DNA of 63,536 nt, filler included, from Rhabdomonas costata (lineage: Eukaryota): assembly GCA_019059605.1 (NCBI GenBank). It is 30 parts of 30 records of this genome, joined end to end, with 100 filler letters (N's around TTAATTAATTAA, not from the genome) between each part and the next. Parts side by side here need not be neighbours in the genome. Positions count along the whole stretch, not along the records: positions 48,797 to 50,817 come from JAHMHO010006352.1; positions 50,918 to 52,934 come from JAHMHO010006353.1; positions 53,035 to 55,054 come from JAHMHO010006354.1; positions 55,155 to 57,174 come from JAHMHO010006355.1; positions 57,275 to 59,296 come from JAHMHO010006356.1; positions 59,397 to 61,416 come from JAHMHO010006357.1; 24 more parts are not named here. One strand, 5' to 3'. The translations under genes were made by a program, and so were the position numbers. Of this stretch, positions 49,208 through 60,443 are shown piece after piece. The notes beneath the pieces were generated by a model, which ran no database searches, was not told the DNA's origin, and saw nothing but the letters and a program-made list of their open reading frames with translations. The first letter of the stretch is position 1. Each line of letters opens with the position of its first letter.

Positions 49208-50639
49208 TTCATGTGCCACCGCTGCTCTGGGATCTCGCGGGGGACGGTGCTGACGGCCTGCGGGTTGGTGATGATGCTGCGCTTGTATCCCATCGCCCCT
49301 CCGAAGAACACCAGAGGCACGGAGACCAGGAACCACAGCGCGATCTGTGTGCCCCCCCCCCTATGCACTGATGGGGAAGTTCCGCAGGAGTGGTGCAAGG
49401 ACTAACTGTATGGCGTTGTGTACGACTCTCTTCGATCCGCTGCACTGCTGACTCCTAAACAAAACGCTGTGGTAAAGTAGCAGTAGCAGGTATAGTAGGA
49501 GTAATTGGAGGAATCGTTTCCTCCGGTGTGGGCAGGAAAAAGTGAAAAAAAAAGTAAGAGCACGGGTGAAATGGACAGAAAGCATAACAGAAAACGGATG
49601 TGCACCTCCAACCTCGATAGAGGAGCAAACGTGATTTACCAACACTCCGAGCGGCTCATACACTGTTGTGGTGGGTAAGGGGCATTTTCCGTTTGTAGGG
49701 AGAAGAGAGAGAGGCCCCGCAGAGATACCAGCCCCACGAGGCCGAAGAAGGGCACTGCGCTCGCCGCGCCCTGCTGCCACAGCATGAGGTTGAGCAGGAA
49801 GAACACCCCAAACACCTGTTGTAGACGGCAGTGGGATGCAAGGGGGGCATCGATGGAGAAAATGAACCCACCTATATTTATAAATGCATTCTTCTGGATT
49901 CTGGTTTCTTTCCCTTTCTGCTTATCCAACAACTTTCTACGCGATCCGAGGTGCTGCTAACTTAAGCCATTTTAAAATTCCTCATTCCAGGTGCTGTGAT
50001 GATTCTGTGACGCCACTGTTTCTTTTTGCTACAGCTGACTGAACAATTTGGATAATAGATGTTTTCAGAACGCAACCCGCTGTTTTGCCCCGAAAGGGAG
50101 CACAGCTGACTGCAAATGCATTGTTGTCTCTAAGTACATAAGGTTGGCCGGGTGGGCATCTGAGCCCGTGGGGATCAAGTGCACCGAGGGGCCGTTATGA
50201 ATCATAGACCCTAAAACTGTACTCCACCTCCCGTAGAGGCAGCGCCCTTCAGGGGGAATAGTGGTGACTGGAAGGGGGGGCGAGCACAAAGCTCACTTTA
50301 GACCGTACGAAACGCACCAGAACAACCTCTGAGTTGGTGCCGCAACAACCTGGAGTCTCTCGTTCACACTTCAGAAGATCAGAGACACAAGGGGCAAGAA
50401 TTAAAAACCAAAAGAAGGGGCAATAATTAAAAACAAAAAGAAACCAAGAAAAAAGGCTTTGACAGACATCCAGACCTTTCCGGGGAAGTACAGGCTGGTC
50501 ATCAGGATGGTCCTCCAGCTCTGCTCGTGGAACATCTTCGCCAGCACGGCGGTCACGAAGCCCCCCAGGCTTCCCATCAAGCAGAACAGCACCAGCATGG
50601 TGGTCATCAGCCACCCCCGGCGAGCAGGGGAGAGGAACC
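49208..50639 (-). CDS. TM9SF/EMP70 nonaspanin, internal exons (50639-50476, 49815-49729, 49344-49208)
   Basis: GFLSPARRGWLMT...FPG, LNLMLW..G...AVPF, and LWFLVSVPLVFFG...GY....P......PREIP.Q.W. Junctions are phase-consistent. Confidence 0.95.
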
Positions 50640-51234
50640 CTGGTTTTGGTGTTGAATTTTCCCGCCAAATCCTCCCAAACAACAACGGAAAGCGCTCAAA
50701 ATTACCATTGGGCAACGGCGCATTAGCCGTCAGACCTGCGATGTACAAAGCATCACAACTTAATCCCCCTCCCCGAGCCTCATATATAACAAAACCAAAG
50801 AAGGAGGCTGCCGCATGNNNNNNNNNNNNNNNNNNNNNNNNNNNNNNNNNNNNNNNNNNNNTTAATTAATTAANNNNNNNNNNNNNNNNNNNNNNNNNNN
50901 NNNNNNNNNNNNNNNNNTTTGTGGGTGTTATATCTTGGAACCACCGGTGCCGCACTAGGTGAGCAAAAAGGTAATCAAATTTTGCTGCACGTCGCTATTG
51001 CGTAAAGGAGTATAAATTAGTTGGAGGAGTGTGCGGGGCAAAATAGCCGCCTTGGTAAGGGATAACGTAAAGAACCCGCAGCCGTTTCCGTGCCTTTGGG
51101 TTCAAGAACGAAACATGAAGCTCGAGGCGTTTCGGCTTTCGCTCCAAGAAAGAAGGTGTGCACTTTGCCGGCCTTGTCCCTCCGCTGACTCTGAGGTGTT
51201 CTTGTGTGAGTGTGAGAGTTGTCTTCACTTGCAG

Positions 51235-52502
51235 GATGAGGAGCTCGTGGCGCTGCAGCAGAACCTGGACAACTCCAAGGGGGTGATCTCGGAGTGCGAG
51301 CTGGCACTCTCCGCGCTTCTGCGGTCCAACCTGCTGGGGGATGGAGTGATGGTGGCTGACCTGAGGCACGTCCTGAAGAGGGTCCAAAACATGCAGCTCA
51401 TGAGCCCCGACGAGAAGAGCCGAGTCCAGGACGGAGGGCCCTCCAGGCCCCAGGTTGGGCGACCCCGCTTACCTACCCACTCACGCATGCACGCACTCGC
51501 GAAGGAGCCGTCTTGCAAGGTGAGATCAGAAGCTCGCTTTCCTTCTAACTTTGCACGTGAGTACCAGTCCTTTTCGGATGGAGGTGGTTTTTTCGCCACA
51601 CCCCGGAATCTGCCAGGTGTTGTCAGTAACCCTGATTCCGCTAAGTTTTAAATAGCATGTGAATTACACAGACACGAATGTTTCGGGTTGCGTCCCCCTT
51701 TTTCGAGCCTTGCTTTTCCCTCTCTCTGTTAGTTGACTGCAAATTTGAACGTGTGTGTTTTCCTGTCCTTTCCGCTGTTATTCCTCTTTTGCCTCTCTCT
51801 GGCGGATAAAATGTGAAGCCCATGCAATGCGTCACAGGTTGAGATCCTGGACGCCAGCACATCCGAGCTGCGAGCGAAAATGGAAGCATTGCAGGACCAG
51901 CTGGCATGGTCTAAGAAGCGAATCGCCACCTTGGAAGCCGAGAAAATGGCCACCCAGAAACGCCTCGACCGAGACCTTTGGTATTTCAGGAAGGGCGTTT
52001 TCGGGAAAAGCTCCTTGCGAGGGGGACCGTTTTGTAACCAAGCCGGTTAGCGCACCGCATCGTGTCTATCCTATGGACATCTTTTTCCGACATTGCATCG
52101 TATAAGTATACCTCCGCTACCTGCCTTTCTTCTCTCAGCTCTGTGTTGTTCCCAAATCCCGGGTGGTGTGGTACAGAGAATGTCTTTGTCCTCAACATTC
52201 CCGTTCCGTGTGTGGTGTGTGGGCTTCAATGCACGTTTCGGAAATCTGACGAGATCGGTTGTCCTTATCAACTTCCGTTGCGTCAGTTGCTGGACAGTGA
52301 ATCCGGTTCTCCTCCGTGGGTCTACGTGAACGTGCCAACCAGCATGTGATGCGTTCTAAGGGCCCTCGTACCTTTGAGCCCTTTTGTCCCCATGTCCTCA
52401 GGAATTTTCGCCGGGTCACCCGCCTTCACCACACCGCGCTGAGCTTGGTGAAGTCTGAGCTCGTGCTGCTCTCTGTGGACGTCGCCGAGGTGGCCTCCGC
52501 AG
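51235..52502 (+). CDS. Coiled-coil hypothetical protein, internal exons (51235-51453, 51838-51980, 52402-52502)
   Basis: Phase-consistent GT-AG joins and heptad-like E/L/Q-rich sequence. Confidence 0.7.
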
Positions 52503-54543
52503 GTTCCCTACCCCTTCTTCCTTCCCCCTTTGCCCAGTCAATACTTCCCAAGTTCGACCCCGCCTCCTCTCTCTCCCCCACTGCGTCAATGTTCCCCATT
52601 GCGAAATAACGCTGACTTCATGGGGGAAAGGCGTTTGCTTGCACTGCGCAAAAAGGGTTGTTTCCAGCTAAAAAGTCCAAAATTAGGAGCCAAATCAATT
52701 TTTTAGACCAGCGTTGATCACAAAAAAAAAGAAGCGGATTGCAAGCACACGCAGGCAAGTGGTGTGGTGACGCCACAAAAACAAAAAGAGGAGCTTGAGG
52801 ATTTCCTTCGTCTTCGGGAGGGTACGAGGAGTTCCGGAGACAGAGAAGCACAAATTATTGAATTATTGACCCTTTCTAAAATCGAGCAATGTCAAAAGCA
52901 ATGCCATGCCGCGCGTTCCCCAACACCCCAACACNNNNNNNNNNNNNNNNNNNNNNNNNNNNNNNNNNNNNNNNNNNNTTAATTAATTAANNNNNNNNNN
53001 NNNNNNNNNNNNNNNNNNNNNNNNNNNNNNNNNNGGTTGTTGGTCAAGTGCAGGTGCTGAGATGAGGATAGTAGTTGGCATGGGGCGAGTCATGGGCGTA
53101 CCTTTCAGGTTGTCACACCTCATACCTCCCAGCTTGTCACACGTTCATGACCCCACGTATCCAGAGACACAGCACCACAGTGCATATGTGTGTAGTACCA
53201 ACGTAGGGTGTGTTACCCTATTAGTAGTGTTATGCGTGTTATGCGTGCACTAGAACCAGGTGATGGCATAGACGTAGGGTGTGAGTCGCCATGGTTATGC
53301 CGCCGATGTACAGTGTCGTCAGCGGTGGTGGTTCTACCCGTACCTATACCCTCACTCAGTGGTGGTGGTGGCATTGGCGTATCTGGGTCAACAGCACCAC
53401 AGCACCACGCGTAGAAGCCATTGATGATCATGGCATGGTAGTGGTGATGCATACCGGGTGATGCCAAGACCCAAGGGAGGGAGTGACGCATAGTGGAGGT
53501 CGCCGAGACCGACATGTCAGCGGATGTTCCCACCAATGTGTCAAGGCCTCGCCTCACCGCATCAACCCACGTAACCATGGTCGTCACCACCATCCTCACT
53601 TCTGTCACCGTCCACGTGGCATGTTGTGATGTTGGTGTTGAGGGCTGCCACGCTCCCACGTCATGCTTTGTGTAAAGGCAACCACCACACCCAGCGATGT
53701 CAGTTGAAAGGTGGGATAGCAAGGCTACATGTACAGGCTGCCGACCCTAACCCTGATGTCGTAGAGTGAGGTTGGTGTGGGGGCATGGCTGATGGCATGA
53801 TGGCATTCTGTAAGTGAGACCGATTACGCAATTTGCCAACCCTGGTGTGGTGAAGAGTGGCTGCATCAAGGCCGCTAGTGTGTACCCCTTCCTCTATGCC
53901 TCATGCTGACTATGTGTGGGATTACAACGCTGAGGGTGACCTTGATGCGTAAGATGACCGCGAGAGTGACAAGGCCGCTACCTCCACCCACCCAGTATGC
54001 ATGATGCTGATGGTGGTTGATGGCTGAAACCCTAACTGAGGGAGTAAGCTAAAGTGGAGCCCGCAGAGGGCGACCATGCATACCTGATGTTCAGTGAGCG
54101 GAGGCACCTTAGGGTGGTGGAGCGAACCATGGTCCCGCTTCCTTTTGCTTTCCCTATTTGCCGTCCTATGCGACGGCTGTATATGGAATCAGGTTTTTCC
54201 CACTCCTGTGCGTCAGGCTGGTGACAGTCTGGACTTCTTGGACGCGTGGTGAGAAGTGCAGACCTCCGGGTCAGTGAAGAGACCCGAAGCCCTACCTCCC
54301 CTGCTGCTAGTTTACCTGTGAAACGCTCTTCTCCGGGAAACTTTTTGCTCCCTGAACTGAGTGAATATTGATACTAACCAAAAAAGAAAGACCCCTTCTC
54401 TTTCGCCTTTTCGCCTCATTTTCCCGGTGGTCATTTTTCCCGATGATTGCGATGATTGCCGTCAATTATCTTTCCTTGCACGTGCCTGTCCCACAAGCAA
54501 CGCTGATTTGCGCTCTTTGTCGCGTGTGGTCTGACCCTCACAG

Positions 54544-54815
54544 GGGTCGCCCCGGTGAGCGCCCTGAACTCCACAGTGCTGCTGTACATCGTGTCCGCCT
54601 CCGCCCTGCGCTCGGTGTTTCAGACCCAGGCTGTAGATGTTGTCAACAAAGCCAACCAAAACATACACGCCACGGACGCCAGCTTGGAGCTGCTGGTGGT
54701 GAATCGAGCTTCCTCGGGGACTCCGCTGACCACCATGGATCCCACCACCTGCGCCAACCAACAATGCACCTCAGACGCCGCAGCAGCTGCCGCGCTGGAC
54801 TCCTCGGGCACCCAG
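54544..54815 (+). CDS. Hypothetical protein internal exon
   Basis: CACAG| acceptor, CAG|GTATGC donor, GC3-rich. Confidence 0.55.
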
Positions 54816-55995
54816 GTATGCACGCCTGTCCTCTCCCTGTCTCTCTCTGTTCTTCCGATTTCCGATGCGAAGCATCCACAAATGTCGGCCACCACCCCAC
54901 AGTTGTTAAGAACCCGACGAAGAGCGTCCAAGGCTGGCGGAGATGGTGCCTTGCTGAGGATGACCCAACCACTCCCCCCGGGTCGAAACGTCAGTCACTC
55001 TAGTAAGGCATCAGATCATTTAACTGCTCAACCCAGAGTTCACCACCACCCACANNNNNNNNNNNNNNNNNNNNNNNNNNNNNNNNNNNNNNNNNNNNTT
55101 AATTAATTAANNNNNNNNNNNNNNNNNNNNNNNNNNNNNNNNNNNNNNNNNNNNGTTGGTTGTGAGCGTACGCCACTTTCCTTTTCTTCTTTCCAGGTTG
55201 CCTTGGGTGCATTCTGTTTTTGTCATGCTTGGGACGAAGGACCAGCGCCAGGCGGTCTTCTCCCCCCTCCCGCCCCTACTTCCCGGAGGTATCTGCAAAA
55301 AGATCTGTACACTACCTGTGCCGCTCTTTTAGCCGCCACATACTTCGGACGTCATGCGCGGAAACCCTGGCCCGTCGTGGGGCGTGAAAGGTCTTCGCAG
55401 CACTCGCACCGGAGTATGCATGAGTGTTTGTGCTCCTTCGGATCTGCCTCGCTGGCACTGCGAGAAGGCTTTCTTTTTTGCAAATCGAGAGATGATGAAT
55501 GGCTGGCGGAATTTCTCTGCGATATTGTAGGGACCCTCTGAGGACTGTAATGGGTTTAGGGTCCCCTTCCGCAGTGTGGCCAATCATGGGAGAGGTGGGG
55601 GGGGCGGAAAGCCCGACGAACGAAGGCGAGCATCACGTTGATGGGATGTAAATCTCAACGCTGCTGAAGTGTTTGGCTTGACAAAAAAATTTGTGACTGC
55701 ATTGCTTGTGCGCATAGAAAGTCCGGGTCACCAACTTCGCGCCGAGCCACCGACTTCGCAAGCTGGCATCTCAACAGGCTTGAAACCACACCCTTGAAAA
55801 CCCATACGGAGCTGAACCACAACAGCAACCCCATCACTCTTAAGGGAAACTGTGCCGCAGCTTCTATTTTTATCCTTCTCTCTCGTTTCTGATTGCACCT
55901 GTGCTTTTTTGGTTTATTATCGCTTATTCAAACGTGATAGTAAACTCTGTCGTTGACGTGCGCCTTTACAATTTCTTTTCCAACGCGGAGTGACT

Positions 55996-56973
55996 ATGTC
56001 CTCCCCCGAGCAGCACATGTCGGCCTCGTCCCAAGGAGAGGGCCTTGCGGAGTTCTCCAATCCTCTCTCTGGACCAGCGCCGGCAGGCCACCAGTTCAGG
56101 AGGCTGAGAAGCTCCCTGAGCAGTGGTCGCTTTGTTGAGGCCGCCCACCTGGGACCCGCTTCATGCTGCATGGGGTTCCGGGTTCCGATCTGGTTGCTGA
56201 TGGTGCTGCTGGCCGTGGTGTCGGCCGCCGCGGTGGGAGTGCTGACGTTCTGCCTGATGTACTTCCGCAGCGTCAGCGCAATCAACGAGGTCGGGGTGAG
56301 CTACCGCGGGGTGTACTGCACGGTGGTGCAGAACGAGGTGGTGGCGTTCTTCACTCGCATCATGGGGGCCACCCGGCAGACGCTGAACTTCGCCTTCCTG
56401 GCTGGGGTGGGTCCAGGTCCGTGCATTGTCTCTCAGGAGTCTTTTTCTAGGGCTGCCAGTGCTGCGATTTCTAACGTGTGTGGGTTTGCAGACTGTTTAT
56501 ACTGTGATGAGCGGCATTGTCTTGTCCTTTTGCATACTCTGTGTTTTCGTTTCTTTCAGCGGGTGCGTGTTGCCTTTTGCACAGGACGGGATAGGTTTGG
56601 GCGTTTTCTTTATTTGGAGGCCACAGACCTTTCAAACGAGAGACTTTGGATTGCCACGGCGCCACTGAACTGGCTGGGGCTGTTTGGCTCTGTGCATGCA
56701 GGGTCCCTGTACCCGATCGAGTTCCGGAAGTACCTTTTCTCGGCCTCCGGGGTTACCAGCGAGGCCAACAGCCTAGTGATAGGGCTGGCCAGCGGGGAGT
56801 TCTTTGGCCTGGACCGGGTACCCACGACGGGGGAGCTGCACTGGGGACTGAGCAACGCGCAGACGGGGTACCTGTTCAGCACATTCCCGGCTCCGGGGTG
56901 GGGGGAGGATGAGTGGTTCCGGGAGTTCGGCAACATCACGACGGTTCCTGGGCACAAAAACACCACTGTTCGG
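55996..56973 (+). CDS. Membrane receptor with N-terminal TM helix and a Cache-like extracellular domain, 5' part (exons 55996-56416, 56702-56973)
   Basis: TM helix IWLLMVLLAVVSAAAVGVLTFCLMY, then a long helix, then SLVIGLASGEFFGLDR, which resembles the dCache y.g...G.f.g motif. Phase-1 GT-AG intron. Confidence 0.65.
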
Positions 56974-57506
56974 GTGTGCGCGCTTGGGTTTTATTTAACT
57001 GGTAGACTTTCTGTGAGGCTCGGAATAATGATCCCTATGAGTGATATAGTGTGGTGCTTTTCATCGTAGATGCAGGTGGCTCATTGCATGATGTGGAGTC
57101 TGAATTCTGGGTCGTTGAGACCATGTTTACCGGAGAGCTCACGAATACTGCGGACCGACACAAAAACACTCAGGNNNNNNNNNNNNNNNNNNNNNNNNNN
57201 NNNNNNNNNNNNNNNNNNTTAATTAATTAANNNNNNNNNNNNNNNNNNNNNNNNNNNNNNNNNNNNNNNNNNNNGTGTGGGTGTGACTGAAGAAGGCAGC
57301 GCTCCAAAATGCCGGTGGGCCATTACATCTGCATAAGGCATGAGTTTTGGGTTACGAACGTGAAATCTGAGTCTTACATTACGAGCCTGGTACTTCTCCG
57401 AAAACAGAGAGCTTTGAGTTAATTACTTTCTTTCACTGCTTTGTCTTTCCTTCGATTTTTTTGACAGTTTTCTTTTTGCTCATTTTCCAGCTTAACGATT
57501 TTCGGC

Positions 57507-57726
57507 ATGAAAGCAACCATTTTGGCAGCGCTCACTCATTTTTGGATTCGCTGGATCAGCATGGGCACCGTGTTCCTTCTGGCACTGTCCTTTTTCGCGG
57601 GCGAGGTTGCCTTCGCCGATGAAACTTTGGACGCCCGAGAAGGAGCTGTGTCGCCACCTGTTACTACTCACCTCCGGAGTTCCGGAGCTTCAACGAGCTC
57701 AAAAAAGGAAGTTTTACAACCACAAG
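57507..57726 (+). CDS. Possible first exon of a secreted protein
   Basis: ATG after a pyrimidine tract and AG, hydrophobic signal-like stretch ending AFA-D, and a CAAG|GTTTCC donor. Confidence 0.35.
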
Positions 57727-58738
57727 GTTTCCTGGGGGTCGATGGGGGGTGGGGATTCGTCCTTCCTGAAGCTGAACAGCTGTGGCTTTGTAACACTGAG
57801 ACAAGCCTCGTTATAGGCTCGGTGTTCTGGCGTGAGAATTGGTGCGTCTCTACCATAGTAAAGGCACGATATTGACCTCACGTTACTTCTTATGGTTCGG
57901 GTTACTGGGACAGTGTATAAGATTATGAATGTTTCTCGCGTTGCTGAAGGTATCTTTAGAGTTTCTACAGAATTGAATTCGTTTCCAGGGCTCTTTTTTA
58001 GAAACTAAAAGTGACGCACACCTGGCGTTTTCCTCGGAAAGTTTTGCTGCGCCTTAATTTCTTTGACAGTGCAACAAAAGCCCCAACCGCACCACAACAC
58101 CGGGTTAAACCGAACTTTTCGCCTCCTTTTTGGGTCTCCTGTAAAGTAGTGTGTGTATGTGGGGGGGAGGGGGAACCGGGCACCACTGGTGCCCGTCTAA
58201 AACCCCCAAAATTCTAAGTGTGATCATTCAACAGTAAGTACCTAGAATCATGGGCCGAGGACCGCAGCGGAGGCCCAAGACATCCTGGAGTAATCCGCTT
58301 CTGTTAGAATCCCAGGGGACACGTGCATAGCCACCTAACCCTTGCAAATCTTCTACTCGAATTTTTTAGACTTGAGCGAAGCTTAGCTTGAGGTGTATTC
58401 CTGTGTCGCTTGTTTCCTGTGTCGCTCGGTGCAGGAACACGGGGTGCTAACATGACTTGACGGGGGGAGCTGCATATTCGACTTGATCGAGGAAGGGAGG
58501 GGGGTGTTGTCTTATTGACCTTCGCCCAGAAAAAACGTGGCGCCAAATATCACCGCAGTTGCAGCGGTTGACCCACCGGTGGCAGCATGCGTGATCCTCG
58601 AGAGTTTTCAGACGACGTGCTGATGAGAGGGAATCCGGACGGACGATGGGGGCGCCCCTACATTCCATTACTACAGCGGCACAAGGCAGCAGCAGGTCCT
58701 TCTACAGAATCCCTTCGCACCAATCGCGCCACATGCAC

Positions 58739-58870
58739 CTTGGTCAGGTTGGAGAGGCAGGTGAGGGCGATATCCTCCACTTCCGCTAGGTCCGTGGAGC
58801 CCAGCACATTGTCCAGGACATTGATCAGCTCCTTGATGCAGCCTGCACCCAACACATACTGCAAAGCAGC
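58739..58870 (-). CDS. ARM/HEAT-repeat-like exon
   Basis: AALQYVLGAGCIKELINVL...DIALTCLSNLTK fits the G.i..Lv.lL...A...L.NL ARM pattern. CAG| acceptor and AAG|GTGCAT donor. Confidence 0.65.
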
Positions 58871-60247
58871 CTGGCGTTTCCACGCGATGAATCGTTCCCC
58901 CTCAGAGCTGAATAAATTCTTCCCACCCACAACTGCCCACCACATCCAGGACTCCCTATCACGTGTGTCCTTCCTGTTGCTGCGACTCTCCCTTCTGCAC
59001 CCATCACAGTACCACAAGCCCGGGATGGATAAAGAGCAGCTCAGCAGGAAAGCCAGAAAAACCAAACAGAAAAATCCGCGAGCAAGCAATGAAACAACCG
59101 CATGCAGACACACCGGCGTTGGAGATGTTACCCAGGTCAGCGGATTGAGTGAGCCCCAGCACACAGTTCAGCAGCCCAGCCTTGTCCTGGGGCACCGAAA
59201 GCTGTCTCACACAGTCGAACAGCCTATTGAAAAACATGCGCACATGCACACGCGCTTAAATGGCAAATTTTATTCGATACCCAGGCACAACAAACCNNNN
59301 NNNNNNNNNNNNNNNNNNNNNNNNNNNNNNNNNNNNNNNNTTAATTAATTAANNNNNNNNNNNNNNNNNNNNNNNNNNNNNNNNNNNNNNNNNNNNTGTG
59401 TTAGGTGAGTTTGGGTGGGGTGGTGTGGCGAAAGCAGCGATCGATGGTGGTGGCTTGATGCATTCCTAAGGTAGAGGTGTACGTTCTATGGAAAGAAGAA
59501 AAAGTCACATCTCATGGGGTTGATTCGGCCGGGTTCGCAATCCGCCATTTGGAAGAAAGGGCGTAAGAGAACCAATGAGGTGGGCATGCTCTCCCCATCC
59601 CGTTGACTGGGGTTATTGTTGCCATCCGCTGTTACTGTTACTTTTAATTATGGATCATTACAAATAATGGCCCCATAAATGAGCGTCGAAGCTTGAACCA
59701 TTATCTGATGAACCACAATTTCCCATCTCTCAAAGTTGTTTTCATCTGTCGGAAGAGTCCCGTCTTAAACCATTATTTTTCTTCACTGAAAATCCGTGGT
59801 TGATCCATTATCTTTCAGATCCATGCCTGGGGTGTGTCCAGCCGGTTGTGCACACCTCAGATCTTCGTTCAGAAACAAAGGAATACAACAGCTCGGCGCC
59901 ACCCACAGGGGAGCACAAGCGTTGCACAGACAAGACAAAAAAGCCAGCAAAAACGCCACAAATGAGAGAGAAAACCCCGAATCTTACCCCACCACCAGCA
60001 CAGCACCGGCCCCCCCCCAAAAAAGTGGCACAAAAATGACGACAAGATGAGCGAGATGCCAAAGGCGACCGGGCAGCGACTCCTTCCTCCCCTGGAGAAA
60101 TCCAGGATGTGGCCCAGAATGTCAACAAAAGAAAAAAAACGGCCCACTGACTGTCATACAGTTCCCGTTACTTAGAAAGCAAACACGGCCCTCATCAACT
60201 GGAGCTGGGGCAACCGGCATCATTACCGCGGATCCTCACAGGAGGCA

Positions 60248-60443
60248 TCATGCAGCAGTGCCGGGCTGCGGCGAGGCCATGGCGGCGTGCTCCGTGCACA
60301 AGGGCTGCCCAGAGGACTTTTCCCGCCCGCACCCCGCTACAGAACACCGGTGGGCTGAGCACAGGGTGGACCCGGAGACGGTCTGACCCATGCACTGCTG
60401 CCCGTTACCATGGGCGCACGGCCGTGGCATCGCATGTGCAGCC
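60248..60443 (-). CDS. Terminal exon with a Cys/His-repeat (putative Zn-binding) motif
   Basis: PCAHGNGQQC...LCSAHRCSVAGCGREK.....LCTEH followed by TGA. Confidence 0.5.

Noticed and set aside
58437-58700. Plus-strand frame interrupted only by TGA codons, suggesting UGA=Trp recoding
   Set aside because: Conserved Trp residues elsewhere use TGG, and TGA terminates the AAAP gene and others. No recognisable protein results.
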